Positions 38,627 through 54,325 are shown, counted from the stretch's first letter. The stretch is DNA of 64,000 bases from Eledone cirrhosa (GCA_964016885.1 OZ024750.1:54994001-55058000), one strand, 5' to 3'. Notes: a model not told the origin generated them from the sequence alone. Translations and numbers: made by a program.

Positions 38627-39621
38627 AGCAAGGCAAATCGCGCATAAAATAACGCTTATATCGACAAAAAAAAAAAAAAAATTTCAATGTTGCACTCTTG
38701 TTTGTTGTTCTTTTATTTTACGTAAACATTTCGCTGCTCTAGCCTCTTATTTCCTATTAGATTACACTTAATTCCATTAAACATTCATTCTTAGTCTCGT
38801 GGTAAACTATTTCATCTATATTTATATCGCTGTTACAGCCTTTTATTTCTACATCTATCACCTAGAGCCACTGTTACGCCGGTAGTATAAGTAGGTTTAT
38901 AACAAGAAACGATGATATAACTCCACAAAATGTCTTCTTCAGCAAGACACTTCACTTCATATTGCTCCAGTACACCGAGTTACACATAGACAGATACATA
39001 CATACATACACAGATAGAAATGAGAGGTAGATAGAGTAAAAGATTTAAAGAGAGTGTGAGAAGTACGAGTTAGATAGTGTAAAAGATTTAAAGAGAGGGT
39101 GAGAGTGTGACACACATTTATCTGTCTATCTCTCTCTATTTTAACACCGGTCGTTATAATTAGTTTTATAACACCGCTATATTACCGACATGAAAGAGGT
39201 AAATAATTATTTCTTAAATGTTTAGAACATGTTTCTCTTGTCTTCTTAAATGTATAGAACATGTTTCTTATTTATATTCTTAACATAGCTAGGACCTTAT
39301 CTCATTTACTGGTCTCTACTTTTAGGGCTTTGCTGGTCCCATGTGCCCTCCATGAAGACACACTCGCCCCTTCTCTCTCAGTCTCCGTACTAATTACTAC
39401 ACATACGTATATATATTTATTTTAAGAAACCTTAATGACAAATAATATAAAGTGTTTGTAAAGTGGGGAAGAGTAGTTTTACGGTGGGGTTGTTATATAG
39501 ATATCGTTTTTGCAGTGGGGTCGTGACTGGCGTATAATAATGAGTCACTGTTGATGTATATACAAATCATGTTTTGGATATAAGTGAAGTTATTTAAGAG
39601 ATTTAGTTGTTTTGTATACAT

Positions 39622-41600
39622 TCATAACGGTACGCGATGGGACCCACCCACAGCCCCGGCGGACAGAATGGAGAAGGCGTTTCCCCGGAGCACGGCAAGG
39701 GAGACGCGCTGGAAAAGCCACTCCAACTCGCGGGGCTCACACCTGCGACTGGCCAGCTCAGCGCCTATGGTGGTGAGTAAGGAGGTAGCCCTGGGGTCGA
39801 GGACACCAGAAGTCTCCACTTCCAGGGGTACGACCGCAAACCTGTCGGAGAGTGAACGATATGTGAGGAGTTTGGCCCCCTCAGCCTGACGTGCAGCAGA
39901 ACCTGGGCCAGTCGCAGACTGCACCAGGTTGCGGCTGCAGAAAGTGTCGGTGCAAGTGGCATCCCAGACGAGGGGTTTGCCACCGCGGAACGGGAAGATG
40001 GTCATGCCATCTAGCCTTTTGCCGTCCCCTCGAGCTGGGAAGGGAAGCCTGCAGCGTCCAAGCCATGCTTAATGACTTCGTTGAGGGCAGCATGGCGTGG
40101 ATTGCGGGTGGAGGCCGAAAGAGTCCATGGTGGAACGGCAGCGACATTGGTGTGAGGCCGAGCCTCAGGGAAACGCCGATGCGCAAGCTATTGTTGTCTA
40201 GCTGCGTGCGAGTGGAGAAGGAGGGCAGGGCATGGAGCCAGGCCCCACTGTGGGGTTTGGAGGCTGCACGAAAACAAACAAGGCGGTGCTGGTCGAGCTG
40301 GCACGTGAGCCTGTCTGAGGCCAGGCTGCACTGGATGGCATCCCAAGTGTGTTGGGGGGGACTTGACGTCAACAGGGGGAGAAGGAGGAGGAACGTCTAC
40401 TGGGCTAAGTCCCAGCCGGTCCCACGTCTCACAGGCGGCCACGCGTTCTCTGAACACAGAGGGTTCTGTTGTGTTTTGAAGAACCCTGCTGAAAGGACGT
40501 GGTACGAGGTTACCGACGAAAGATATGCCGGCAAAGCTAGTGAGATCGGGGACTGGAGGCGAAGGCCGCCATACCTGACAGGTAAAGTTGCATATCTCAT
40601 CGGCTGCTGCTCGGATACAAGTTTAGGTGTAGCACAGAGTGTATAGAGGAGCTTCGGCATGGCGTAGCAGTTCCTCAGCAGAAAGAGAACTGGGTGGCCA
40701 TCAATCAAGCCCAGTCGGCTCGTGAGAGTCTGGACTTGATGGAGGAGCGGATGGCCGGCGGGTGGATCGGTGAGGGCATCCTCTTTGGGGGGTCACCTGA
40801 ACCTGGCGGAGAATGGACCGCACGTCCAAGACGGAGACTGCAAAGCTTGCAGCATCGAGGCTGACATTCACCACCTCCGACTTGGCTGAGTTGACCTGGA
40901 GGTCGATTCCCGCCAGGGCAGGAACCACCGATTGAAGGTCATGGCAGACCGCCTGTACGGGCCCACCCAAAGTAGCATCATCCAGATACCAAACGTTGAG
41001 AGCGGCCGTTATACTCCAGGCGATGTGGTCAATACCAAGGGTGAACAGGAGGGGTCCCAAAGGGTTGCCCTGTTGGATCCCAGTAGCCAAGGGTATGACC
41101 GTATCAGCAGCATGGCGCATGCTTGGGGCTCCATATGACAGGTAGGCAGAGGGGGCTCGGCTGAGGCAGGCCTCGAGCAGATGATCCCAGCGTAAAGAGT
41201 TGAAGGCATTCCTCATGTCAAACTTGACAATGAGGTGGCTGGAGGCCCTGGATGCCGGTTCCGAGTGTTACGGACTTGCAGATTACCTTGGCAGCCAGCC
41301 TCCGGAAGACATTGCCCACAGCAATGGGGCGTATGCCATCCTCTTTCTTCCTGAGAGCGGTGAGGCTGGCCGAAAAAAAGAGGCCTCGAGCATAAGAGTC
41401 CAGGGCGCCATGGATGAGCCTATTGGTGAGCGCCACAATTGCACTCAGAAGGCGGCGCCCGGCCTCAGCGGAGAGGGGAGATATCAACTCCTTGAGGAGG
41501 CCTGGTCAGAGACCATCAACATCTCCGCAGCTGCTAGCTGGGAAGGACCTGATGGCGGACATGATGTCTGCATCAGAAGCCACAAGGAGCAAGTGTGGAT
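39622..41600 (-). mobile_element. Decayed CRE-like RT/RLE retrotransposon, mosaic copy C
   Basis: B-type backbone with several A-type bases, a 26-bp deletion at ~40105 and additional 1-bp indels (~40492, ~40790). Confidence 0.88.
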
Positions 41601-42230
41601 TACAATACAAAACCTCTGAGAATGATTTCTAAGATATTTCACCATAATTAATTTTCATCAATATATATTAATATTATTATTGTTTATTAGGTCAGGTGGA
41701 TTGGCCAGAACAATTCTACTCTTCTTTTTTAGATGTCACGATTTTTCATGGCATTCCTGAGATCATTAATCTCCAGCTGGAGATCCAGAGACATCTGATG
41801 TATGTAGGTGAACCTCAGTCATCCCACTTGGCTCTTACTATGTTTAGGTATCCACCACAGGAGCCAGCTCATCAGGTCATCCTACTCTCAGCAGCAATGT
41901 CCAGCATCTATTGATTTCCGCTCCCTAGTTATTGTGGTAATCTTCGATATCTGGGAATATATTTCTTCTGCTTAAGGGAGTAATAAATATATAGTTTTAA
42001 AAAAAACATATATATACACACACATATATATATGTTGTCATTTATAAGAGTTCTCTATCAAAAGCCTTCTCTATGTCCAAAGCTAAGTATAGTGGCTTAT
42101 TTTTCTCTAAGAACCTCTTTTGTAGTTGTCTCACTAAGAAGAGGGCATCTGTTGCACTTTTCAGCGGCACAAAACCAAACTGCATCTCATACATATACAT
42201 ACATACATACATATACACATACATACATAC

Positions 42231-42581
42231 ATCATCATCATCATCATCATCATTTCGTTTTAAGTCCGCTTTTTCCCTGCTTGCAAGGGTGGGACGGGAA
42301 CTGATTCTGGCTTGATTTCTACAGCTGGATGCCCTTCCTAACACCAACCTCATTTACAGTGAGTGCTGAGTGCTTTTTTGCCGTGGCACCTCCACGACCA
42401 CTTTGCAGTGGAATGATATGGACCCCAGTCCCTATCATCTCATTTCTACAGCTGAGTAAACTGGAGCAATGTGAAATAAAGTGTCTTGCTCAAGGAAACA
42501 ACACATCACCCGGTCTGAGAATTGAACTCACAACCTTTCGATTGCCAGGCCAATGCTCGAACCACTAAGCCATGTGCCTCC
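42231..42581 (-). mobile_element. tRNA-SINE, copy 4
   Basis: Copy of 4881-5231. Confidence 0.85.
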
Positions 42582-43605
42582 ATATACATATACATATACA
42601 TACACATACATATATATATACATACATACATATATACACATACATACATACACATACATACACATATACATACATATACATACATAGATATATATATATA
42701 CATAATATAAATATACATACATACACATACATAAGCATATACACATAAGTATATATACATATACACACGTATATATACATATACATACATACATATATAC
42801 ACATACATACATATATACATACATACACACATATATACATATACACATACATACATATACATACATATACACATACATACATATATATATATACATACAC
42901 ACACATATATACATACACACACATATATACAAACACATACATATACACATATATACACATACATACACATACATATACATACATATACACATATACACTC
43001 ATATATACATATACATACATACACACACATACATACATATATACATATACATACATAAAGACAAATCCACCTCATGGACGAGAATGCAAGGGCTCCTCCT
43101 CTTTGTTTCGGCCGCGGATGGCTAACCCTAACCCCATCCCCGCTCCCCACTGCTCCCAACCTCCAAACGCAATCCAAAACTTCAGAGTTGGTACCATTAA
43201 TGTAGGCACCTTATAGGGTGGCTCTAACGAGGTTGTAGAAATGCTTGAACGTAAGGAGGTCGATGTTTGTTGTATTCAAGAGACCAGGTGGAGGGGTGGG
43301 TCTGCTAGATTCATCGTGGGTAAAGAACGATGCTATACGCTTTTCTGTGTGGCAAATGACAATGGGCTGGGTATACACATACCACCCCACCTCCCCACCG
43401 CAAAGTGGTCGTGGAGGCGCCGCGGCCAAAAAGCACCCAGCCCACACTGTAAAGCTGACGTGGAGGTGCCACGGAAAAAAAAAAGCACCCAGCACTCACT
43501 GCAAACGGGGTTGGCGTCAGGAAGGGCACCCAGCTGTAGAAACCAATCCAGAATCAGCTCCCACCCCACCCTTGCAAGCATGGAAAAGCGGACGTATGAT
43601 GAAGT

Positions 43606-43664
<59 letters not shown>

Positions 43665-44405
43665 TATATATATACACATATATATATACACACATATATA
43701 TCAGTGTACATATATATATACATATATATATATATATAAATGAATATTTATTCAATTTAAAGCGCCAATTATCTATATATAACAAGATATGAATTTTTCT
43801 AGGGATGGGGAAATTTTCAGTTTGTTTTTATATTTTCACTTCATTTTTTACTTTCTATTTAATACAGTCTTTGATCCAATATAATCCTGACAGTATTTGA
43901 ACCAGTTTACCTCATATATATGTATGCACACACAACACTCAAGTTTCGCCATCTACTGCTATTTCATTCATATTTATTGTTTAATTAACTCTGGTCTAAT
44001 TCATCAACTATTGTTAATTATATTATTACGTAGATTTCTTATAAAATCTAGTGCATATATACGTGTATATATACAGGGAGACACTGTAATAGATGTAAAG
44101 AGAGTGGGAGATAGAGTTATAGAAGTAAAGAGAGGGGGAGAACTAAGCGGTAGATAGAGTAATAGATGTAAAGAGAGGGTTAGAACGTTCAACTTGACAG
44201 TCAGTACAATGTTCAGCATGGTAGCCAGTACATATGCCAACTACCCAACCGGCCAGCCAGCCGCATATGCGGTTGACTGGCCAGTTGGGCGGTTGGTATG
44301 TGGAACGTTCAACTACGCAGTCAGTACCAAAGTTCAACATTGTAGCCAGTGCATATGCCGATCGCCGCACCCTCTTTGCTCTATTTTAATGACCTGGAAC
44401 TAAGT

Positions 44406-44518
44406 AAAAAGAGTAGGAGATAACTCGACAAGAGCGGAGAGGGTGAGATTCGAACCATGTAAAGTCGTTGGCTCCTGAACTTCGTAAGCGGGGCTGCTAC
44501 TGACTGAGCAGCGCCGGC
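44406..44518 (-). ncRNA. Candidate Pol III tRNA-derived small RNA, copy B3
   Basis: Identical to 1119-1231 by eye. Confidence 0.5.
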
Positions 44519-45513
44519 AGCAAGGCAAATCGCGCATAAAATAACGCTTATATCGACAAAAAAAAAAAAAAAATTTCAATGTTGCACTCTTGTTTGTTGT
44601 TCTTTTATTTTACGTAAACATTTCGCTGCTCTAGCCTCTTATTTCCTATTAGATTACACTTAATTCCATTAAACATTCATTCTTAGTCTCGTGGTAAACT
44701 ATTTCATCTATATTTATATCGCTGTTACAGCCTTTTATTTCTACATCTATCACCTATAGCCACTGTTACGCCGGTAGTATAAGTAGCTTTATAACAAGAA
44801 ACGATGATATAACTCCACAAAATGTCTTCTTCAGCAAGACACTTCACTTCATATTGCTCCAGTACACCGAGTTACACATAGACAGATACATACATACATA
44901 CACAGATAGAAATGAGAGGTAGATAGAGTAAAAGATTTAAAGAGAGTGTGAGAAGTACGAGTTAGATAGTGTAAAAGATTTAAAGAGAGGGTGAGAGTGT
45001 GACACACATTTATCTGTCTATCTCTCTCTATTTTAACACCGGTCGTTATAATTAGTTTTATAACACCGCTATATTACCGACATGAAAGAGGTAAATAATT
45101 ATTTCTTAAATGTTTAGAACATGTTTCTCTTGTCTTCTTAAATGTATAGAACATGTTTCTTATTTATATTCTTAACATAGCTAGGACCTTATCTCATTTA
45201 CTGGTCTCTACTTTTAGGGCTTTGCTGGTCCCATGTGCCCTCCATGAAGACACACTCGCCCCTTCTCTCTCAGTCTCCGTACTAATTACTACACATACGT
45301 ATATATATTTATTTTAAGAAACCTTAATGACAAATAATATAAAGTGTTTGTAAAGTGGGGAAGAGTAGTTTTACGGTGGGGTTGTTATATAGATATCGTT
45401 TTTGCAGTGGGGTCGTGACTGGCGTATAATAATTAGTCACTGTTGATGTATATACAAATCATGTTTTGGATATAAGTGAAGTTATTTAAGAGATTTAGTT
45501 GTTTTGTATACAT

Positions 45514-47518
45514 TCATAACGGTACGCGATGGGACCCACCCACAGCCCCGGCGGACAGAATGGAGAAGGCGTTTCCCCGGAGCACGGCAAGGGAGACGCG
45601 CTGGAAAAGCCACTCCAACTCGCGGGGCTCACACCTGCGGCTGGCCAGCTCAGCGCCTATGGTGGTGAGTAAGGAGGTAGCCCTGGGGCCGAGGACACCA
45701 GAAGTCTCCACTTCCAGGGGTACGACCGCAAACCTGTCGGAGAGTGAACGATATGTGAGGAGTTTGGCCCCCTCAGCCTGACGTGCAGCAGAACCTGGGC
45801 CAGTCGCAGACTGCACCAGGTTGCGGCTGCAGAAAGTGTCGGTGCAAGTGGCATCCCAGACGAGGGGTTTGCCACCGCGGAACGGGAAGATGGTCATGCC
45901 ATCTAGCCTTTTGCCGTCCCCTCGAGCTGGGAAGGGAAGCCTGCAGCGTCCAAGCCATGCTTAATGACTTCGTTGAGGGCAGCATGGCGTGGATTGCGGC
46001 TGGCACTGTGGCGACAGGAAAGCGGGTGGAGGCCGAAAGAGTCCATGGTGGAACGGCAGCGACATTGGTGTGAGGCCGAGCCTCAGGGAAACGCCGATGC
46101 GCAAGCTATTGTTGTCTAGCTGCGTGCGAGTGGAGAAGGAGGGCAGGGCATGGAGCCAGGCCCCACTGTGGGGTTTGGAGGCTGCACGAAAACAAACAAG
46201 GCGGTGCTGGTCGAGCTGGCGCGTGAGCCTGTCTGAGGCCAGGCTGCACTGGATGGCATCCCAAGTGTGTTGGGGGGGACTTGACGTCAACAGGGGGAGA
46301 AGGAGGAGGAACGTCTACTGGGCTAAGTCCCAGCCAGTCCCACGTCTCACAGGCGGCCACGCGTTCTCTGAACACAGAGGGTTCTGTTGTGTTTTGAAGA
46401 ACCCTGCTGAGGAGGACGTGGTACGAGGTTACCGACGAAAGATATGCCGGCAAAGCTAGTGAGATCGGGGACTGGAGGCGAAGGCCGCCATACCTGACAG
46501 GTAAAGTTGCATATCTCATCGGCTGCTGCTCGGATACAAGTTTAGGTGTAGCACAGAGTGTATAGAGGAGCTTCGGCATGGCGTAGCAGTTCCTCAGCAG
46601 AAAGAGAACTGGGTGGCCATCAATCAAGCCCAGTCGGCTCGTGAGAGTCTGGACTTGATGGAGGAGCGGATGGCCGGCGGGTGGATCGGTGAGGGCATCC
46701 TCTTTGGGGGTCACCTGAACCTGGCGGAGAATGGACCGCACGTCCAAGACGGAGACTGCAAAGCTTGCAGCATCGAGGCTGACATTCACCACCTCCGACT
46801 TGGCTGAGTTGACCTGGAGGTCGATTCCCGCCAGGGCAGGAACCACCGATTGAAGGTCATGGCAGACCGCCTGTACGGGCCCACCCAAAGTAGCATCATC
46901 CAGATACCAAACGTTGAGAGGGGCTGTTATACTCCAGGCGATGTGGTCAATACCAAGGGTGAACAGGAGGGGTCCCAAAGGGTTGCCCTGTTGGATCCCA
47001 GTAGCCAAGGGTATGACCGTATCAGCAGCATGGCGCATGCTTGGGGCTCCATATGACAGGTAGGCAGAGGGGGCTCGGCTGAGGCAGGCCTCGAGCAGAT
47101 GATCCCAGCGTAAAGAGTTGAAGGCATTCCTCATGTCAAACTTGACAATGAGGTGGCTGGAGGCCCTGGATGCCGGTTCCGAGTGTTACGGACTTGCAGA
47201 TTACCTTGGCAGCCAGCCTCCGGAAGACATTGCCCACAGCAATGGGGCGTATGCCATCCTCTTTCTTCCTGCGAGCGGTGAGGCTGGCCGAAAAAAAGAG
47301 GCCTCGAGCATAAGAGTCCAGGGCGCCATGGATGAGCCTATTGGTGAGCGCCACAATTGCACTCAGAAGGCGGCGCCCGGCCTCAGCGGAGAGGGGAGAT
47401 ATCAACTCCTTGAGGAGGCCTGGTCAGAGACCATCAACATCTCCGCAGCTGCTAGCTGGGAAGGACCTGATGGCGGACATGATGTCTGCATCAGAAGCCA
47501 CAAGGAGCAAGTGTGGAT
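45514..47518 (-). mobile_element. Decayed CRE-like RT/RLE retrotransposon, copy B3
   Basis: Near-identical to B1. Confidence 0.88.
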
Positions 47519-48450
47519 TACAATACAAAACCTCTGAGAATGATTTCTAAGATATTTCACCATAATTAATTTTCATCAATATATATTAATATTATTATTG
47601 TTTATTAGGTCAGGTGGATTGGCCAGAACAATTCTACTCTTCTTTTTTAGATGTCACGATTTTTCATGGCATTCCTGAGATCATTAATCTCCAGCTGGAG
47701 ATCCAGAGACATCTGATGTATGTAGGTGAACCTCAGTCATCCCACTAGGGTCTTACTATGTTTAGGTATCCACCACAGGAGCCAGCTCATCAGGTCATCC
47801 TACCCTCAGCAGCAATGTCCAGCATCTATTGATTTCCGCTCCCTAGTTATTGTGGTAATCTTCGATATCTGGGAATATATTTCTTCTGCTTAAGGGAGTA
47901 ATAAATATATAGTTTTAAAAAAAACATATATATACACACACATATATATATGTTGTCATTTATAAGAGTTCTCTATCAAAAGCCTTCTCTATGTCCAAAG
48001 CTAAGTATAGTGGCTTATTTTTCTCTAAGAACCTCTTTTGTAGTTGTCTCACTAAGAAGAGGGCATCTGTTGCACTTTTCAGCGGCTTAATTAATTAATG
48101 AGGTTTAATTAATGAGGAATTTTGAGGTATTTATAACAATTATTAATTATTTCATTACTGAGATATCATTTGAAGGACTTACTAATGTTTTTATTTATTA
48201 ATTATTTTATTAGTAACTTAACATGTGGTTCTTGTATAAAATTATGTTGGAAGATTTTAGGAAGATGCTATGTAGCCGGTCGCGGTAAAATAGACGCCCA
48301 GGCTATGTAGCCGGTAAGAGTGTCAGACTCCATGTGTTGCGGCCCTTTATGGTCTGAGTTAAGACAATTTAAAATCTTTTCCACCATCAATTGTTAAAAA
48401 ACAAGTTAAAATCATTTTGTCGTCCATTTGTAACGTACGTTACACTTTAG

Positions 48451-49186
48451 TTACATACACATATACTATGTTACATACACACATCTACTGTGTTACATAC
48501 ACACACATCAACTGGGTTATATACACACACATCTACTGCGTTACATACACATCTACTGTGTTACACACACATCTACTGTGTTACATACACACACATCTAC
48601 TGAGTTACATACACACACATCTACTGTGTTACATACACACACATCTTCTGTGTTACATACACACATCTACTATGTTACATACACACATCTACTGTGTTAC
48701 ATACACACACCTGTGTTACATACACACACATCTACTGAGTTACATACACACAGATCTACTGTGTTACATACACACACATCTACTGTGTTACACACATCTT
48801 CTATGTTACATACACACAATCTACTGTGTTACATACACACATCTACTGAGTTACATACACACACATCTACTGAGTTACATACACACACATGTACTGTGTT
48901 ACATACACACATCTACTGTGTTACATACATACACATCTACTGTGTTACATACATACACATCTACTGTTACATACACACATCTACCGTGTTACACACACAC
49001 ATCTACCGTGTTACACACACACATCTACCGTGTTACACACACACATCTACCGTGTTACACACACACATCTACTGAGTTACATACACATATACTGAGTTAC
49101 ATGCAAACACACATCTACTCTGTTACATATACACATCTACTGTGTTACATACACATCTACTGTGATACACACACACACATCTACTC
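48451..49186. repeat. Minisatellite, copy 3
   Basis: Same as 11085-11820. Confidence 0.96.
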
Positions 49187-50012
49187 ATACATATTCATAA
49201 ATAGACACACATTATACAAATAATTATTACATACACACACATCTCTGTAATAATTCAGGAAGGAAGGGGCTGGTGAAACGCTATAGCAATGTGTGTGTGT
49301 TGTGTACCTTTCAGGTTTACCGGTTTCGTAGCCTATTTGAAGATTTTATTATAATTATGAACCTTATAATTCAATTAATTATGAATAATTTTGAGCTATT
49401 TATCACAATTGTTAGTTAATTACTAACATAGTAACTTACCATATGGTTGTTATATAGAATTTTGTTGGAAGACTTTAATTTAGATAGGAACCATTTCCAT
49501 AGTACGAGAACTAATTTTGGCTGGGTTTCTACCAAAAGGGTTAATGAAGAATTTTGAACAATTTACTAAAATTATTAATTATTTCATTACTAAGATAATG
49601 TGTGAATACACAATTATATGTGTGTATATATATATAAACAGTATATATATATATAGTATATATATATATAAACAGTATATATATATATAGTATATATATA
49701 TATAAACAGTATATATATAGTATACAAAAGATGTAGTGGGATAGTGTGTAGTCTTAAGACAAGTCTGTCCAGATAGCTGCGCTGTAACTTACACTTATTG
49801 GGACTGTGTGTTGGCAAGCAGGCCTGTATTTTGGGATCTAGCTGGTCCATTATGAGGGAGGTCTGGTTAGTTGGCAGCACCATGCCTTACTTGTGGTATA
49901 TGTATGTATAGAAATAAGTTATTGTATATGCATAACTGTCCATCTATATGTATACATGTATGTTTACTTATATCTTTGCATACATATATACATTTTCAGA
50001 TGTATACACGTA

Positions 50013-51932
50013 ATGGTCACCCGGATAGTAAACCAAGTCATACAGAATGGGGTTGTTCTGAAGGACTGGCGTAGCAGCATCATCATTAACTGTTACAAGG
50101 GTAAAGGAGATGCCCTAGATAGGAGTAACTATAGAGGCATTAAATTAATCGACCAGGTCATGAAGGTCACGGAAAAAGTAATAGCGCAACTAATCAGAGA
50201 GAGAATTGATCTAGATGAAATGCAGTTCGGGTTTGTGTCAGGTAAAAGTACCACAGACGCTCTTTTCATTGTACGACAACTACAGGAGAAGTACCTAGTT
50301 AAAAGTAAACCCCTATACTTAGCTTTTGTTGACTTGGAGAAAGCCTTCGACAGAGTCCCCCGTTCCATTATCTGGTGGGCTCTTAGAAAACTAGGTGTTG
50401 AGGAATGGCTTGTGAGAGCTATACGAGCCATGTATAAAGAAACAGTCAGCAAGGTTAGAATTAACAACGAATATAGTGAAGAGTTTAGCGTAAAAGTTGG
50501 TGTTCATCAGGGCTCCGTCCTTAGCCCCCTACTATTTATTATTGCCCTTCAGGCTATAACAGTGGAGTTCAAGACCGGCTGCCCATGGGAACTCCTATAC
50601 GCAGATGATCTAACGCTCATAGCTGAATCAATGGCCGAGCTAGAGAAGAAATTCCAAACATGGAAGCAAGGCCTAGAATCAGAAGGCCTTAAAATTAACC
50701 TGGCTAAGACTAAAGTTCTAGTTTGTAGGAAAGAAAATAAGGCGCCGGTCCCTTCCGGGAAATGGCCATGCTCAGTGTGTAGGAAAGGCGTAGGTAGAAA
50801 CTCCATTTTATGTCCCAAATGCAAAGTATGGGTTCATAAAAGATGTAGTGGGATCACAGGTAAGCTAACTAAGAACATAGATTTTACATGTGGCCGGTGC
50901 TCTGGTGCAATAAGTAGCAGCAAGTGCCCACAAAATACTAGCTCTTTCAATTGCGCAGAGGGTTCTATAGAAATAGTGGACAGCTTCCGTTACCTGGGTG
51001 ACAAAATCAGCAGTGGGGGAGGGTGCTCTGAAAGTACAGTAGCTAGAGTCAGAACTGGATGGAAAAAGTTCAGAGAGCTTATACCACTATTAGCCGCTAA
51101 AGGGTTCTCCCTAAAAATGAAAGGCAGGTTGTATGATGCCTGCATATGAACAGCAATGTTGCATGGCAGTGAGACCTGGGCATTGTGTGCAGAGGATATA
51201 CGCAGACTAGAGAGGAACGAAGCTTGCATGCTTCGCTGGATGTGTAATAGTAATATATGTGAACGGCAAAGCATAAACGAACTAAGGGAAAAATTAGAAA
51301 TAAGAGGGATCAGATGTTGTGTACTCGAGAGAAGACTACGTTGGTATGGTCCACGTGATGCGGATGAAAGACGACAGCTGTATAAAAAAAATGCAGGGCA
51401 ATAAAGATAGACGGTAGCCACGGAGTAGGCAGACCCAGAAAAACCTGGGACGACTTGATAAATTCCGACCTCACACACTTACACCTCTCCAAGACAATGT
51501 CACTGGACCGAGATCTTTGGCGGTACTCAGTAATAGAGAAGACCCGCCTTACCTAGATACAAAGTAAAACCTACTACAGTCAGTAGGCACCTCTAACAAA
51601 ATACACCCCCACCCCATCCACACCGCCCCTTTCAATGTAAAGTTATGTTGGTGCCACAACATCCAGGCCGAAACAAATGAGGTCGTGTAGGTGTCACGAC
51701 AAAAAAAAAAAACACAGTCCACGCAGTAATGTGGCCGTGTAGGTAACACGGTAAAAACCTCCCAGTCCCACACTGTAAATGCGGTTGGTGTTAGGAAGGG
51801 CATCCAGCTGTAGAAAACCCGCCAGACAGTCCTATGCGAGCAAGACAACCACTCTTGCCTCAAGTGGGAAAATTCCCGTCCAAACCCATGCAAGCGTGGA
51901 ATATGGACGTTAAACGATGACGATGATGATGA

Positions 51933-51936
<4 letters not shown>
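50013..51936 (+). mobile_element. 5'-truncated RTE LINE, copy 3
   Basis: Identical translation and lesions. Confidence 0.93.
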
Positions 51937-51970
<34 letters not shown>

Positions 51971-52061
51971 CTTTGACATTTCTTAGAAAAAAAATGAAAA
52001 AGTTTTGTGAGAACCCCAATGTTTATTTATTTTATTTTATTTTTAAATAAAATTAATAACA

Positions 52062-52697
52062 TTAATTTTATTTTGAAATTAGGTTTATAAATATTAATTA
52101 TCAGCAGACCTTTGTAGCAGTCTTGGCGGCTTAGTGGGAAGTACCAGAGATGGTGAGGTCCTTGTCTGTAGGTTCAATCCTGGTCTGGGAGTTCAATCAT
52201 TGCTGTAATGTGTCCTGTTAATCTTTTTTTAAATTTTCCTCAGAAAAAACTGAAAATCTTTGGTGAGAACCCCAATGTCTATTTATCTAATATAATTTAA
52301 TTTATTTTATTTTACTTTAGTTAAATTGTCAAAACCACTGGTGATCTAAAGTTAGAGGAGACAGATAAAATAGACATATTGTCTCCTCAACCTTTAGATC
52401 TTCAGTGTTTTCGACAATTTAACTAAAATAAAAAATTAAATTCAATATAATTAAATAAATAGGGGTTCTCTTTTTCAAAGAGATATAGAAAGAAAATTAT
52501 AAAAGATTAACATGACACCTTACATGTATCTCATGGACCAGGATTGAACCTGAGTCCCCAATTCAACCCTCAGACCAGGATTGAACACCCAGAACAGGAT
52601 CTCACCATCTCTGGTACTTCCCACTAAGCTACCGAGACTGATACAAAGATGTACTGAAATTTAATATTTATAAACCTACTTTCAAAATAAAATTAAA
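52062..52697. repeat. Foldback inverted repeat, copy 3
   Basis: Copy of 14700-15335. Confidence 0.9.
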
Positions 52698-53528
52698 AAT
52701 AAAATATATATATATATATATTCCTTTGACATTTCTTAGAAAAAAGAACTGAAAAAGTTTTGTGAGAACGCCAATGTCTATTTATTTTATTTTATTTTTA
52801 ATTAAATTAGTTATATTTTGAAAGTAGGTTTATAAATATTAATTTTCAATAGACCTTTGTAGCAGTCTTGGTGGCTTAGTGGGAAGTACCAGAGATGGTG
52901 AGATCCTTGTCTGTAAGTTCAATTCTTGCTTGGAGACATGTCTAATGTGTTCTATTAATCTTTTTTAAATTTTCCTTTTACATCTCTTAGAAATAACTGA
53001 AAATCTTTGGTGAGAACCCCAATGTCTATTTATCTAATATAATTAATTTAATTTAATTTAATTTAATTTTTATTTTAGTGAAACCACTGTTGTATTCAAG
53101 AGACCAGGTGGAGGGGTGGGTCTGCTAGATTCATCGTGGGTAAAGAACGGTGCTATGAACTTTTCTGGGTGGGAAATGACAATGGGCTGGGTATACACAT
53201 ACCACCCCACCACCCCACCGTAAAGTGGTCGTGGAGGCGCCACGGCAAAAAAGCACCCAGCCCGCTCTGTAAAGCTGACGTGGAGGTGCCACGGAAAAAA
53301 AAAAAGCACCCAGCACTCACTGCAAACTGGGTTGGCGTCAGGAAGGGCACCCAGCTGTAGAAACCAATCCAGAATCAGCTCCCACCCCACCCTTGCAAGC
53401 ATGGAAAAGCGGACGTATGATGAAGTTGATATATATATATATATATTAGTATATATATACACATACATATGTACACATATACACATACATATATATATAT
53501 ATATACACACACATATATATCAGTGTAC

Positions 53529-53567
<39 letters not shown>

Positions 53568-54212
53568 AATGAATATTTATTCAATTTAAAGCGCCAATTA
53601 TCTATATATAACAAGATATGAATTTTTCTAGGGATGGGGAAATTTTCAGTTTGTTTTTATATTTTCACTTCATTTTTTACTTTCTATTTAATACAGTCTT
53701 TGATCCAATATAATCCTGACAGTATTTGAACCAGTTTACCTCATATATATGTATGCACACACAACACTCAAGTTTCGCCATCTACTGCTATTTCATTCAT
53801 ATTTATTGTTTAATTAACTCTGGTCTAATTCATCAACTATTGTTAATTATATTATTACGTAGATTTCTTATAAAATCTAGTGCATATATACGTGTATATA
53901 TACAGGGAGACACTGTGTAATAGATGTAAAGAGAGTGGGAGATAGAGTTATAGAAGTAAAGAGAGGGAGAGAAATAAGCGGTAGATAGAGCAATAGATGT
54001 AAAGAGAGGGTTAGAACGTTCAACTTGACAGTCAGTACATATGCCAACTACCCAACCGGCCAGCCAGCCGTATTTGCGGTTGACTGGCCAGTTGGGCGGT
54101 TGGTATGTGGAACGTTCAACTATGCAGTCAGTACCAAAGTTCAACATTGTAGCCAGTGCATATGCCGATCGCCGCGACCTCTTTGCTCTATTTAAATGAC
54201 CTGGAACTAAGT

Positions 54213-54325
54213 AAAAAGAGTAGGAGATAACTCGACAAGAGCGGAGAGGGTGAGATTCGAACCATGTAAAGTCGTTGGCTCCTGAACTTCGTAAGCGGGG
54301 CTGCTACTGACTGAGCAGCGCCGGC
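54213..54325 (-). ncRNA. Candidate Pol III tRNA-derived small RNA, copy A4
   Basis: Identical to 1119-1231 by eye. Confidence 0.5.
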
